64,000 nucleotides of DNA from Podarcis gaigeae (taxonomy: Eukaryota). This document shows, one piece after another, positions 25,845 through 37,596 of the stretch; the first letter of the stretch is position 1, and each line of letters opens with the position of its first letter. The translations under genes and the position numbers were made by a program. The stretch lies in assembly GCA_964106915.2 (NCBI GenBank), contig OZ066923.1. The stretch is one strand, 5' to 3'. Under the pieces are notes generated by a model. That model saw only the letters and a program-made list of their open reading frames with translations. It searched no databases and had not been told where the DNA came from.

Positions 25845-28747
25845 TTTATGTAAGGAGTGCTATTTTTATTAAACATTTTACAGATTTTGTTCACCATGTA
25901 ATACATCAACATTTTGACAGTAGTAAAATAATGCTTGGCACAGTTATAAATAAGGTAAATTAAAAAAATACTCCGTTTTAAACAATGATGCTCTTATGCA
26001 TATTACCTGTTAAAACAACTTAAGAGAGCATTGAGAAACTTAAAACCTGCAAAAAGAAAATAGCTTATCTAGGGCAGAAACAAATTTTTCATTTGCTTGT
26101 TCTGAATAGATCAATGAATATCTATCCAGTATATTTGGATCGCTTTCATGCAGCCCTCTAGAATGGTGTGGTCTGCTGCAATAAATAACAGAGTTCTTGG
26201 TAGAAAAAAAATGCTGCATAGATACTCCCCCCCCCCCAAAAAAAAATCTGCCAGATTTCAGAAAAAAACCGTTCAGTATTTCAGACTACTAGAATTATTC
26301 TAGCTGCCTCAGATGTAGAACCTTCTGGGCAATTTTAACTCCATTATATTTTCTTTTTGCAGCATAGAGTTAAGCAAAATTTACACCCAAGTATTTTGGC
26401 TCAACTGAAGTAGGATTTATTTTCACTATCAAGGACACAATTATTTGTACAAGGAATCCATATGGTGCACATTACTGTAACTTGCAAAAGAAATATAGAT
26501 GTATGTTACACAGATTTTTCTGGAGCTATGAAATATATTTAGCAAATAGATTACGGGAGGGCTTTCAACATCAAATGAGATTCTGCAGAGCTACACTTTC
26601 TCCAAAAGGGAGTCAACTCCATGAAATGTAAAATAAGAAATAGATGGCTCTGCTCAAACATGTTCAGCTTGAAACTAAAGTTTACAAGTAGTGTTGTAAG
26701 AATAATATATTCTTATTATAGTTCTAAGTTGTATCTGACAAAATGGCACAGGCCTCTTTTGCCATCCCTGCACCCAACTTCATTCTCTTTCCCTCAAAAA
26801 TAGTGTGTCAAAGACAAGGTTGAATTTTTCCAGTATTAAACATTCAAGTACACTAATGTTGCAATTCTGTAAATCTTGGTATCTGGTACTTGCAAACTAT
26901 GCACACCTGGTGATCAAAGAAATGGCTAGAGGGAAAATGCCTACTTGAAATACTGAACATCAACTATTTACAGTTTCACTGCTCCTCTTACTAAGGCAAG
27001 GGGCGGGAATACCACTAGATTGCTTTAATACCTGTAATCTGCATATTACAGGAAATGCTAGTTTTGCCAAGCATCAAACATGCAGTGAAGCTGCAGGGTA
27101 CAGTGCCTATTAACAGCAATATTGATCATTACTAACAAGCCCATTAGATATCTTCCTACATTTTTGGTTGGATAAAATGAAATGAGCAGCTTTTAAATAT
27201 ACTAACACACACACACGCGCACGCACACACACTCACAAAGAGAAAACTATTTGATAAATTATGTATATACAGATAAACATTCTTTACACTGGTCTCGATC
27301 ATCTGTATTAAGGTCCCCTCCCCAAATCCCCCTCACAGGATTCTCGAACCACTATGTTGCTACAGCACTTAAAAAGAGAACTTAACCGATTTTTCGAGTC
27401 TCTCTGTAAACAATAGTTAAGGAAGCAGTGAATAATTCACAAGGAATATATAAAAATGCTGTAACATAAAATCAGTGCATCACATTCAACAACATAAAAC
27501 TCTTCTGGAATGCAACTTCATACCACTCCTTACCTTTCAAATATATCTGGTTCTGGTAACTTTGAGACAAACAAAAGTTAAGGGTGTTTTCCCACTTGCC
27601 ATTACCATATTCTTCAAGAAGCCATGTAATGTTTTTTTCCCCACTTAAATCTGCTACAAAGGAATTATAACTTTCTGTAGCTTGAATTCCATCATTTTAT
27701 GTAACGCAAGAGAGTTACTTGCTAATCAGTTTTTACTTCTCCAGCAGCCACATTCAATTTAACTGCAGTCATATCCTTCCCTGCTCCCCTATTACTGAGA
27801 GTTGACCCTTTCACTCTTTGGTTCCACCTACATGACTTCGCACATCCTCCAATGACTGTAGACTACATCATGCAGAACTGTACCTACTACTTAGGTACCA
27901 GCATTTCACTGACTGCATATATTATACGTTTTTATTTAGTTTTTGCAGATTATTATGCTATATTTTGTTTTGTGGTCTAATTTTCAAAAGTCGTATCATG
28001 CACCTAAATAGGGCTTTATACTGGACGAGATGTAATTTTGTGCAACTTCACCCACCCTCCCCAAATATACATCTTCACACAAGGCTTATTATGAGTAATT
28101 CAATATATCAGAAACAAGACAGCTTTAACTGCCAACAGCCATTACATTTACGTAACAGTTTTGTGACAAACATCCTTCTGCGTCCTGCTTCCAACAACTT
28201 CACGCTTTATGGTGGATTCCCAATAAGACCACATGATTCTTCGGAGTACTGAATGCACATTTTCAATGCACATAATACTATAGCAAATCTGTACAAAAAT
28301 TCCATTACAGGAAATATAATACATTGATCTCAAAGTCTGGCTGCTTTGTAAAATTTGACTTTAATTCCAATGAAATTGTTCAAATTATGAAATAAATATT
28401 TCATGTTCAGCACAGCATGACTTTAGTATGTTTGTATTTTAACAATCTCATGCTCCATTGTGAAAGCAGTTAAAAGGAAAGAAAATGGCGTGAATATGTC
28501 TTTGTGAATCATTCCCACGGTAAGGACAGTTAAAATCCTTTTCTCATCTTCCTCCTCATTGTCAGGATTGGCAGTTTATTCTGTCCTTTGATTACATCTG
28601 TTAATAAAACTGATGTAGAGAAGGTACCATTAGATTCACTGTTAGCTCTATTCATAGCATGCTACTGTTCAAGGGATGTGGATTTGAGAGAAACAAATTT
28701 TCAGGCACCACTCAGATACGATATGCTCACAGGTTTGGAGGTGGGTG
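25845..28747 (-). other. ZDHHC17: ZDHHC17 3' UTR (about 2.9 kb, end approximate)
   Basis: Lies between stop TAA (28748-28750) and AATAAA; no recognisable TE; has miRNA seed matches and a Pumilio motif. Confidence 0.65.
25865..25870 (-). terminator. ZDHHC17: ZDHHC17 poly(A) signal AATAAA
   Basis: TTTATT on + at the end of an apparently TE-free AT-rich tract of about 2.9 kb after the stop codon. Confidence 0.65.
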
Positions 28748-28886
28748 TTACACTAGCTGGTAGCCACTTCCAGTTGTTTGGTCATATTCTATTGTATACT
28801 GCCTTGTCCAGTCCACAATAACAGGACGAAAAAGACCGCAGCATCTGAATTCAAAGAAGTCTATAATGTTTCTTATGCATCCATGG
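28748..28886 (-). CDS. ZDHHC17: ZDHHC17 exon 17 (last coding exon)
   Basis: HGCIRNIIDFFEFRCCGLFRPVIVDWTRQYTIEYDQTTGSGYQLV then TAA; 139 nt. Confidence 0.97.
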
Positions 28887-29408
28887 CTAAAAAATACAAA
28901 CAAAAATGGTTACATAAATATATGTTAGTCCAGCAAGTGCAACAATGTTAGTCATCATTAAGGAGGACTCCCCCCTCCCCCCGCCCCAATACATATAACT
29001 GTGCTTGTTGATACTTGGAGAACCATTCACTGCTACCGAGGAGTGAAAAGCGTCAGCTATCAACCAAGAAGCCACACAGGGTTGTAAACTCTCAATAGAA
29101 AGCTTTAGGAAAGCTATGATTTCTTGGCTTCAGTTTATCTGCCCCCTTTATAATGGGGATAATACTTCTGACCTAGTGTATTGGGTTTGGGGAAGGACTG
29201 GTTACATAGCACATGTGAGATATTACAAATACCCATTTAAATTGGCTAGAATTCATGGTTCTGATGGAACACAATTCACATATCTAATGTGGTTGCACAG
29301 TCTGGCCACTCCCACAAATGAGGGTATGATCACTATTTCATCTGATATTCTATAAGTCTCTGGATGCTGCTTTCAACAGCTCTGGATATGGTCATGTTCC
29401 CCCTAAAA

Positions 29409-29608
29409 CAGCTTTCCAAACTTTTTATGTTGGTGACACATTTTTTAGACATGCATTATTTTGCGGCACAGTAATTCAGTTTTATTAGCAAACTGGAGGT
29501 TAAACTAACCCATTTCCCCAGGAGGAGCGTAGGGAGTGTTTGCATGGCACACCTACACACTGCAGCTGACACACTAATGGGTCATGACACACGGTTTGGA
29601 AAGCTCTG
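29409..29608. mobile_element. hAT-type MITE
   Basis: TIRs CAGCTTTCCAAAC / GTTTGGAAAGCTCTG; perfect 8-bp TSD CCCTAAAA at 29401-29408 and 29609-29616. Confidence 0.85.
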
Positions 29609-30667
29609 CCCTAAAAGTCCAGGTCTGTGGTTTGCGGGTTCTCATGGATCAATTACTATCGCCAGAGACAAAAGTGGTCTCAATGGCTTGAGTGCCTTTA
29701 TAGCTTTGTCTGATGGCCCACTCCTTATGGATAATCCGGCTTCAGTAGCTTCTTCCTTGGTAACCTCATTTAGACAACTACTGGAAAACTCTTATATGTA
29801 GGGCTGCCTTTGAAGACAGTCCAGAAACTGCAGCCTGTGCAACCAGACTGCTGATTAGACTTTTACTTTTTGATGTTATCAAATTGCTGCTGTTTGATCA
29901 TACTATTGGTACCCTTAATTCCAAAGGAAGAAAGATACACAAGAGGAAGAATAAGGCAGGGGGAACGGGACAAAGAGGTTTGGGGAAAGAAGAAAATGTA
30001 GGAGTCTTTGTCAATTATTAATGGGGTCGTAGAGAAGAGAAAATGGGACCAAATTAGGGAAAGAGAAAGCAGATGTCTGTGTACTCTGAAGTATTTTTTT
30101 CCTAAGGAATAATCTTTCATTTATGATGATGTTTATTTTGAAAGTTACTAGGTAGCCAGGATTTTTTGTGCATGTCAGTATTAATGGCATATTTGCTTCC
30201 AAGAGAATCCAAGTATGTGAACAATATGAAATGGTAAATATTTGCATAGGCATGCATATGTATGAGGGAGAGAGAAAATGAACTGTCAGCTTTTTAGTTT
30301 TAGAATTTTGTTTTGTTTTGAATTTGGGGGTGCTAAAAGAGAAATGTGTTTCTGCTCACGTTCCAGTTATTTGTTTGAGGAAGTTGTCCATATTTCAATT
30401 TGTATAAAATTTCCAGAGCAGGTAACTATACAACAAAAAATACTTTGATACCCTCCAAACAGTTTCCCCAATCAAGATCACACCCCTAACTCAGCTGCTT
30501 TCCTGGGAACATGTGGAAAGAGATTCACATCTTCTGTGGCTACCTTTTAGGGAAGGGGGGGAAACAACCCAGCACCCGTTCACCTGTGCCATTTAAGCTT
30601 TCCCTCACTTGTGAATACCACCTACACATTTTTATAAACACATTTCCATGTTTCTTTATGTACTTAC

Positions 30668-30762
30668 TTAAATGGGCTTTCGATAGATGTTGTTGTAACT
30701 TTAAAGTGCTTATATCGTCTTGCATTCATCCTTTCATTTGTAGTAATACCTAAACAAGAGAT
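30668..30762 (-). CDS. ZDHHC17: ZDHHC17 exon 16
   Basis: ISCLGITTNERMNARRYKHFKVTTTSIESPF (TTxE motif); 95 nt. Confidence 0.97.
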
Positions 30763-30886
30763 CTGGGAGAAATGGGGGAGGGGAAATATTCAGAATCTTT
30801 GAAGATGTAGTATATAAACCCGCTATAGGAGGCATAGGGAACTTCCAGCCCATAGGTCTTATTAGGCCTGGCATAGGTCCCAATTT

Positions 30887-31250
30887 TTTTTAAAAAAATA
30901 ATAATATTTATTCAAATTTTAAAGGTTACAAAAGAAAACACAATATATAAAGACAAAGCATGTCCAAGAAAAAACTAAAACTAGAAAAATAGAAAAAGCA
31001 AACACAACTAAAAAGGAAAAAATAAAAAATAAAAGACACAGTCCAAAATCATAAAAGAAAGACAAAAAACAGATCAAACCTTAATAGAACTCCCTTTCTT
31101 AACTTGTCTCCTTGACCTCCTCACACCTCCCCTCTTTGTCTTCTAATTCATATATATATTTCAGCAAATCCTTCACCTTGTTTTTATCCTTATATCTTAT
31201 CTTTTTATACTATAGTTTCCCATTCTTTCTTTCCCCAATTAATCATCCAC
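30887..31250 (-). mobile_element. 5'-truncated L1-like 3' UTR insertion
   Basis: 17-bp TSD GGCA(T/C)AGGTCCCAATTT at 30870-30886 and 31251-31267; minus-strand AATAAA at 30907-30912 next to an A tail. Confidence 0.65.
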
Positions 31251-32913
31251 GGCACAGGTCCCAATTTGGTCCACAAGGTGGTTCCACCATGTCCATCTGC
31301 CCACATCTGATATCATATACGCATCAGGCGTGGAGGAGGGAGAGATGCAGCTGCCAATGTACAATAGGGAGCCTTAAAGCACTCTCCCAAATGCTAATTA
31401 GCAAGGGAGACTTACTATCACCACCAATCGACTGTCTCCTGGGATCAGCAGGCCTGCTGGTATAGATTGTGCTATGCAGCTTCTCATGGGGTACTCCACA
31501 GCACAGCAAACTGCCTGTTGAACTCAATAGTGCAGTGAATCCAAATGGCCTTGAAGTGAGAACCTATCAGCTGACAGGCAGTGACTTAAAGCCCACTGGA
31601 ATAAGATGCACTATTAAAACCCCTATAGGTAAATCTATAGCATAGGCAATCCCTGCAGAAAGTGGAGGTTGAAGCCAGAACTGTTCTGCTGTAACTTCAA
31701 GACCACCTTTGGCAGCTTAGTACAAAGATGAAACAAGTTAGAGCTAAATGGAATACTTTTTGTGTATTTCATGCTAACAGAGTTTGCTGTTAATGCACAA
31801 AATCCTCTCTGATACACTGGATGTATACTGATGGTTGCTCTGAACCACGATGAACTTAATAATAGCTGTGAGTTAACAGGTTCAATTATTTATTTTCAAA
31901 AACAGTCAAGCAGTAACTTTGGGCCTCCTAAGGAGAAAGTTTACCATAAGAGACTCTGTCATGTTAACATTTTCCTATTCCTACCCGACAAAACATTGTT
32001 AGTGTTATATTACTTTGCCTATTATTTTGAGACACTGGCACAAATAGGCTGTGCTTGGATTATCATAGTACATCTTAATAATCCAAGATAAGAAAGAGCT
32101 TAGCTCCTCCATTTCTGCAAGTGAGGGAACATGCCAGGACGTCCCAGTTAACAATAGTTTCTTTTTGTGTCTTAATTGCTGACCCTCATTATCTAAGCAA
32201 ACCCTCACCCTCAAACACTAATGGCTACTCGGATCAATTTCTTTAGTGAGACTTTGCATGTTCTGAACTTGCCTGGGTAAAGTCTTTATTGACTGTGTAA
32301 AAACAGTCAACTGTGTTTCAGTGATGCAAATTCCTTGCCAGCAGAACAGCTGCATCTAATATGTACTTGACGCCAAGTCTTTTCTGTTCTCCTGTGTGTT
32401 TCTGTCACTCATGATCATTTATGATATAAGATACATGAAAACAGATTTGAAACTAGCCACTTATTTTTTTCAACATTTTTGTATACCAAACCCAACCAAG
32501 TTCCATAGTGCTGGCAATCAAACCTGGTGGCACCCAAAGGCTTGGGAAATAAGTGCATTTCAAGTTTGATGCTTTGCATTAAAGAGAGAAACAGGCAAGG
32601 GCTTCAATATGCATTCAGATCCTCACATATGCAATGGAATCAACCCCCGGATTCTCAGGAAGGTTTCTGTCAGCAGAATGAGGAGGTAAGCACTTTTCAG
32701 TGATTTCCCATCTCCTCTGCAGCCCTCCCTCAACCTCAAATCTGCTCTGGAGAATCTCCCATCCCTCTGAAGCAGATTTAGGAGGCTGGGTGCAAGGGGA
32801 AGGGTGGGGAAAGTTCTCTTGTCCCTATTCAACTGGCCTTACTGCTTTACTGTCAGTGAGCAACACTGTTGAATGCAACCCTGCTTGTTGGCATATTCAG
32901 TGCTTTCTCCTAC

Positions 32914-33071
32914 CTGATACATCTGACACATTAGCAGCACAGCCACCCACATGAAGTGAAACACACTATTCAAAAACATCCAGAACATCCAAGGTGAACA
33001 GGTGGCTATTTGTGTAATATATGTCCAAAATCCATCTGCTGTGTAAGTAGTGTGACAGTGGATTCCCCAGT
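32914..33071 (-). CDS. ZDHHC17: ZDHHC17 exon 15
   Basis: WGIHCHTTYTADGFWTYITQIATCSPWMFWMFLNSVFHFMWVAVLLMCQMYQ; 158 nt. Confidence 0.97.
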
Positions 33072-33319
33072 CTGGAATTAAAAAATACGTATCACTGGAT
33101 TAGAAAATGATATCATTGGATTAGAAAATGTTTCTGAACATGAGCCTGCAGAATACAGGGCATGTTGCATGGGGAACATTTCCAAAAGCATTTTTTATGA
33201 GAAAAGAAAAACCCTACCAGGCAACCATCAAGGTATAGGTCAATGTTCACACAGAACATTGCAGGCACAGTAGGACTTAAACTAGGCATTAAGAAAATGG
33301 TTCAGGAAACAATACTCAC

Positions 33320-33403
33320 AAGAGATACATCCATAAATCATCCAGCAAATCATGAATAGTAAAAAGAATAGATAGCCCATGAAATAACGATGGTTGCCAG
33401 CTC
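33320..33403 (-). CDS. ZDHHC17: ZDHHC17 exon 14
   Basis: GAGNHRYFMGYLFFLLFMICWMIYGCIS; 84 nt. Confidence 0.97.
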
Positions 33404-34311
33404 CTGAGAAGAAAGAATGGAAGTAAATGTATTTGTTTTTTATGCCATTTTAACAAGAGGCCAGAAAGCGTGCTTCTAGTAATATATAATATATAAAGCG
33501 TAGCTTTCCCTGCCACAAGACTAGAAGAGTCTAGAAGAGTCTTATTTCAGCATGGCAATGCAGTTCATCACATGCTTTGCAAATAAAGCACAAGCTCCCC
33601 TGGGGAAAGAATTGGGAAGTATTCAAGAAGTAAATGAATAAGTGAGCATAAATATGCAATATGCAAATATACAATAAAAAGCTGACCTTCAGCCCAGTAA
33701 CCTTTTCTCCTCCAAAATAAAACTATTTCATTTGCTTATGAATACTAATATTACCCTGAAATTTATATATTTATTTGAATATTTATAAGCCACAAACTCA
33801 AAAAAATGAAAGTGGTACACAATAAAACTATTAATGCATCATAAAATTGTAAAAGAAAAAAAGACCAACACTATATGAAATCAGTTCTCTAAAAATGCTC
33901 AGGCATTCTGTTGAGATGAATCCATTTGGAAGTGCTTCAAATGCAAAGCTTAAAGACTGTGTCTTAGCTTCACCGTCACTAAGATTTGTGACCATACTTG
34001 CTTCAAGATCACCTACCAAACATTCACATGAAAAATCTGCATTCCCACAAAAAACAACAACCCTGCTCTCTGCTGCATTCATTTGCTATACTGCTTTAGC
34101 TCCCAGTGACGAAGACCATTGGAGGTCAAGAGGCTGGGCTGAGCTTGCTTATGCTTCTAAACTATAGAATAAAAAATGTCTGGCATCTTCTTGGTCTGAT
34201 AGCAGTGGTGAATACAGGAATACTAAGAAACCGTGCTATGCTAAATGCACATACTATTTGAGATTGAAAGCTAAACACAATGGAAATTTTCTATTCCTTG
34301 TCAGTACTTAC

Positions 34312-34405
34312 CTACGCAGTTACCAACCCAGGGGCAGTGATGATCAAACTTGGCTATACATCGATTGCACACACCACAGTGTTTGGATCTCACCGGTTTC
34401 CGTAT
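34312..34405 (-). CDS. ZDHHC17: ZDHHC17 exon 13 (DHHC catalytic motif)
   Basis: [31 protein letters not shown]; 94 nt. Confidence 0.98.
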
Positions 34406-36255
34406 CTGTTCAACAGATTTTTATATGCATACAATGTAACACACTTTTCATATTATCAATCTTTAACATGAATTTTGAACACAATGTTACTATTGTTGTT
34501 GCTTCTACTGCTCAGGCATGTCATGATACCAAGAATGTAACCACGTGGAGCTTGTAGTTCTAGCTTCACCTAGCAAAAATATACCTCCCTTACTTTAACT
34601 TTCCTCTAAACAGAAGCTTTGTATTTGTCACCTACACCCACTAGACAAGTCTTATATACTATACACAAGTCTTACAGCATTTGCAATCGCCAATCTCAAT
34701 TAAATTGAAACAAAAAAATTCTCCTTTCCATTGCGAAACAGAATTTCCCACTGTTCTGTTTACTGCCGACACTGAAACTCTGAATTAGAGATCAAAGAAA
34801 CTGATGACGATACTGATGGAAAAGCTTGCAGAGTTTACAAAAGATTAAGTATTTGGGTGATTTTTATCGTCTGCAGTTAGATCAGTTACGTATGGGTGGA
34901 TACATAAATAATTTGTATTCCATATAGCAAAAACTGAGCATAACACTGTTGTAATGCTGTCGGTGAAAACATTTCATCAAAACAAATGTCAGCGCACAAA
35001 AGATATTTTATCTTGAGAATGACACCTACAATATTTAACACTTGCATTTTAAAAATAGTGTATCTATCAAGTAATAAACAATTTGTCTGAAATACAAAAT
35101 ACTCAGATCTGTAGTCAAGACTATCTTATCAATGTCCCAAAGTAAGAGAACACTTATGTTTCACCATATCTCAAGTTCTTAAAAGATTTTCATACAGAGC
35201 AACAAGTTTTAAAATACCATTATAGTATCAAATAATTTATGCAACATGATATATGGTATTTAGTTTTAAAGGTTTTATATTAAAGAGTCCAGAGTTGCAT
35301 GTATTTAGATTCTGGATAGGAATATAAATGTATCATAACAATCTCATAATTCCTGTATATTTTGAGAACATTATTATATAAAGCACATTCTGCTTACTTC
35401 ATTACAGATGTTTTAGATAAGGTAAAACTTTTAATGAAGTGACAGCTGATTATAACTAATGTTGGTATTTACTTTATACACACCACAAACTGAACAACAA
35501 AATATCCAGTATAAGATGTGTGTGTATCTAAAATGGCACTGTCAATTTAATCTGAAGTTATTAATGGAAGTATTTTCATGGTTTTGCTCTATACTCAGAG
35601 ATCTGTGCACTTGTTTGATTTAGTCACAATCTGAAGTAGTCCTGTTCTATCTCCTATTTTTAGGATTCTAATCCAGGGTTGTCATTAAGATACATAGGAA
35701 CAACAATAACTTTAAGAATTGCTAGGAACTCTTGTATTGCTCCTGCTAAATACTTTGGTGGTGGGAAGTCTTACCACAGGGAGTGGCAACAGATACCATA
35801 GCACACCTAGTGTACTAGAACATATATTTTTCTATTTGAAGGTCTGGAACAGTCTGCTGCCCAGATTTCTATACTGACTTAAGAGAGCCACTGTATTTTG
35901 ATATAAAAACCTGTGAGTGTTTTAAGTTAAGCTTCTACCCAAATCCATCTGAACTTCTGTCAAGGACATCCCACAGGAATACAGAGTCCTAACTTGGTGG
36001 GACAGGGACTCCAGTAAGGAATTTTGATATCCTGCTTTCTTCTGGATCCATCACAACCACCCTATGGACTTGCCTTTTCCTATTCCTAGGAAGCGTGGCA
36101 TTTATATGCCCAAATACTGGCTTAGGATTTTAGTTGGCAGAGGCTCACTTATACCCTGTATGAACATCGCAAGGTCAAAGAATACACTCATTTTCTGAAC
36201 AGACATGATGTTAAAATTGGTAATTTAATTACATGTAAGCAAAAAAGCATACTAC

Positions 36256-36318
36256 CAAACAGGTACTGCAGAATATACTGAGGTCCAGACTTCCTGTCTC
36301 TGCAAGTTCCACTATTGT
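36256..36318 (-). CDS. ZDHHC17: ZDHHC17 exon 12
   Basis: TIVELAETGSLDLSIFCSTCL; 63 nt; donor TTG|GTAGTA. Confidence 0.96.
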
Positions 36319-36371
36319 CTGCAGAAAAGGAAAAATAAGAATATTTAATCATTTAAGAACCATATTCATAC

Positions 36372-36486
36372 ATGCTTCATAAGTCGACTCTAGTTGACAA
36401 ACTTATGTCATAAAACAATTTTGTTAGCCTTCAAGGTGCCAGGACATTCTTGGCTGTTTTTACTGCAAAAGCTACCCCACTGGAAA
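36372..36486 (+). mobile_element. Degenerate Penelope-like pLTR remnant
   Basis: TTGTTAGCCTTCAAGGTGCC...GCTACCCC resembles the element at 3791-3860; decayed hammerhead region. Confidence 0.5.
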
Positions 36487-37037
36487 TCCCAACTTCTATT
36501 AACACACTCAGATTAGTTTAACACCATCTCAAGCTTGGACAAAAAGATCTTAATGCCATTTTATTCACACCAAAGAAATTCGGCACCATTAGAGCCTATA
36601 TAAACACACATGTGTAATTGGTTCTGCCCCAATTGCCTCTAAGATACAAGGGGACTCTATCGAGCAGCAAGATCATTAGTTTCTGGCTGCTTCTCAAGAT
36701 TGCACCAGCATTAGGGCTGTTGGGTCACTCCAGTAACAGGCATATCCTTTCCAACCTCAAAAATGTATCCCCTCGCATTCAGTTTGAAGCCGTTACAACC
36801 ACCCTATGTTCTGCTGCGGTGACATGAAGAGGATAGCTGGGATACATTAAAATCTCCCAATACACAGAACACTATATCGGGAAGGAGAGTCTACAGCCTA
36901 GTTTTTTTTCTGGACGTGCTGGTTTCCTTTCAAGGATGACATCTTCACCTTCATTTTCAACTGGACCAAAAACAACTACACCATGTGATGAGCCTTCAAG
37001 GTACCACAACTCTTTCCACAATTGTTTCTTGGAAGTT

Positions 37038-37183
37038 NNNNNNNNNNNNNNNNNNNNNNNNNNNNNNNNNNNNNNNNNNNNNNNNNNNNNNNNNNNNNNN
37101 NNNNNNNNNNNNNNNNNNNNNNNNNNNNNNNNNNNNNNNNNNNNNNNNNNNNNNNNNNNNNNNNNNNNNNNNNNNNNNNNNNN
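37038..37183. other. Assembly gap (N run)
   Basis: 146 N. Confidence 1.
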
Positions 37184-37471
37184 AATATCTGGATGACCTC
37201 AGCAGATTTCTCAGTAGCAAAGCATTCACTCTGCTTACACTACAATTACCTCTGATGTTCTTAAATGGAACAACTTGGCAAAACATAGACAGAAACAATT
37301 TTCAGCAACTCTCTGTCGCCTCTGCAGCCTCCTGTGCCCCTCTGTGGGAGGCTGGGTGGGGGACACTTTCCTGTAATTGCTTTGATTAGAAAACACTTTG
37401 AGTGTGTACACAGAACAACATCTAAACAACATCTTCAACCATTAGCAAGAATGGACTGTTTTGCTTTTTAC

Positions 37472-37596
37472 CTTTTTCTTTTGTTCTTCTGTGGCTTTAA
37501 TTATTCCTGGGTCTGATTTCCAAGATTTTCCAAAATTGTAGAAAAGTGCAACACTATTAGCAAGAAATGGAAGGTGGATGAACACAAAATTTAGAT
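37472..37596 (-). CDS. ZDHHC17: ZDHHC17 exon 11
   Basis: DLNFVFIHLPFLANSVALFYNFGKSWKSDPGIIKATEEQKKK; 125 nt; preceded by an AC acceptor. Confidence 0.96.

Noticed and set aside
36250-36255. Weak exon 12 donor GTAGTA
   Set aside because: Still a GT donor giving the correct frame; no evidence of anything unusual.
36936-37389. ORFs spanning the first N run
   Set aside because: Artefacts of the assembly gap.
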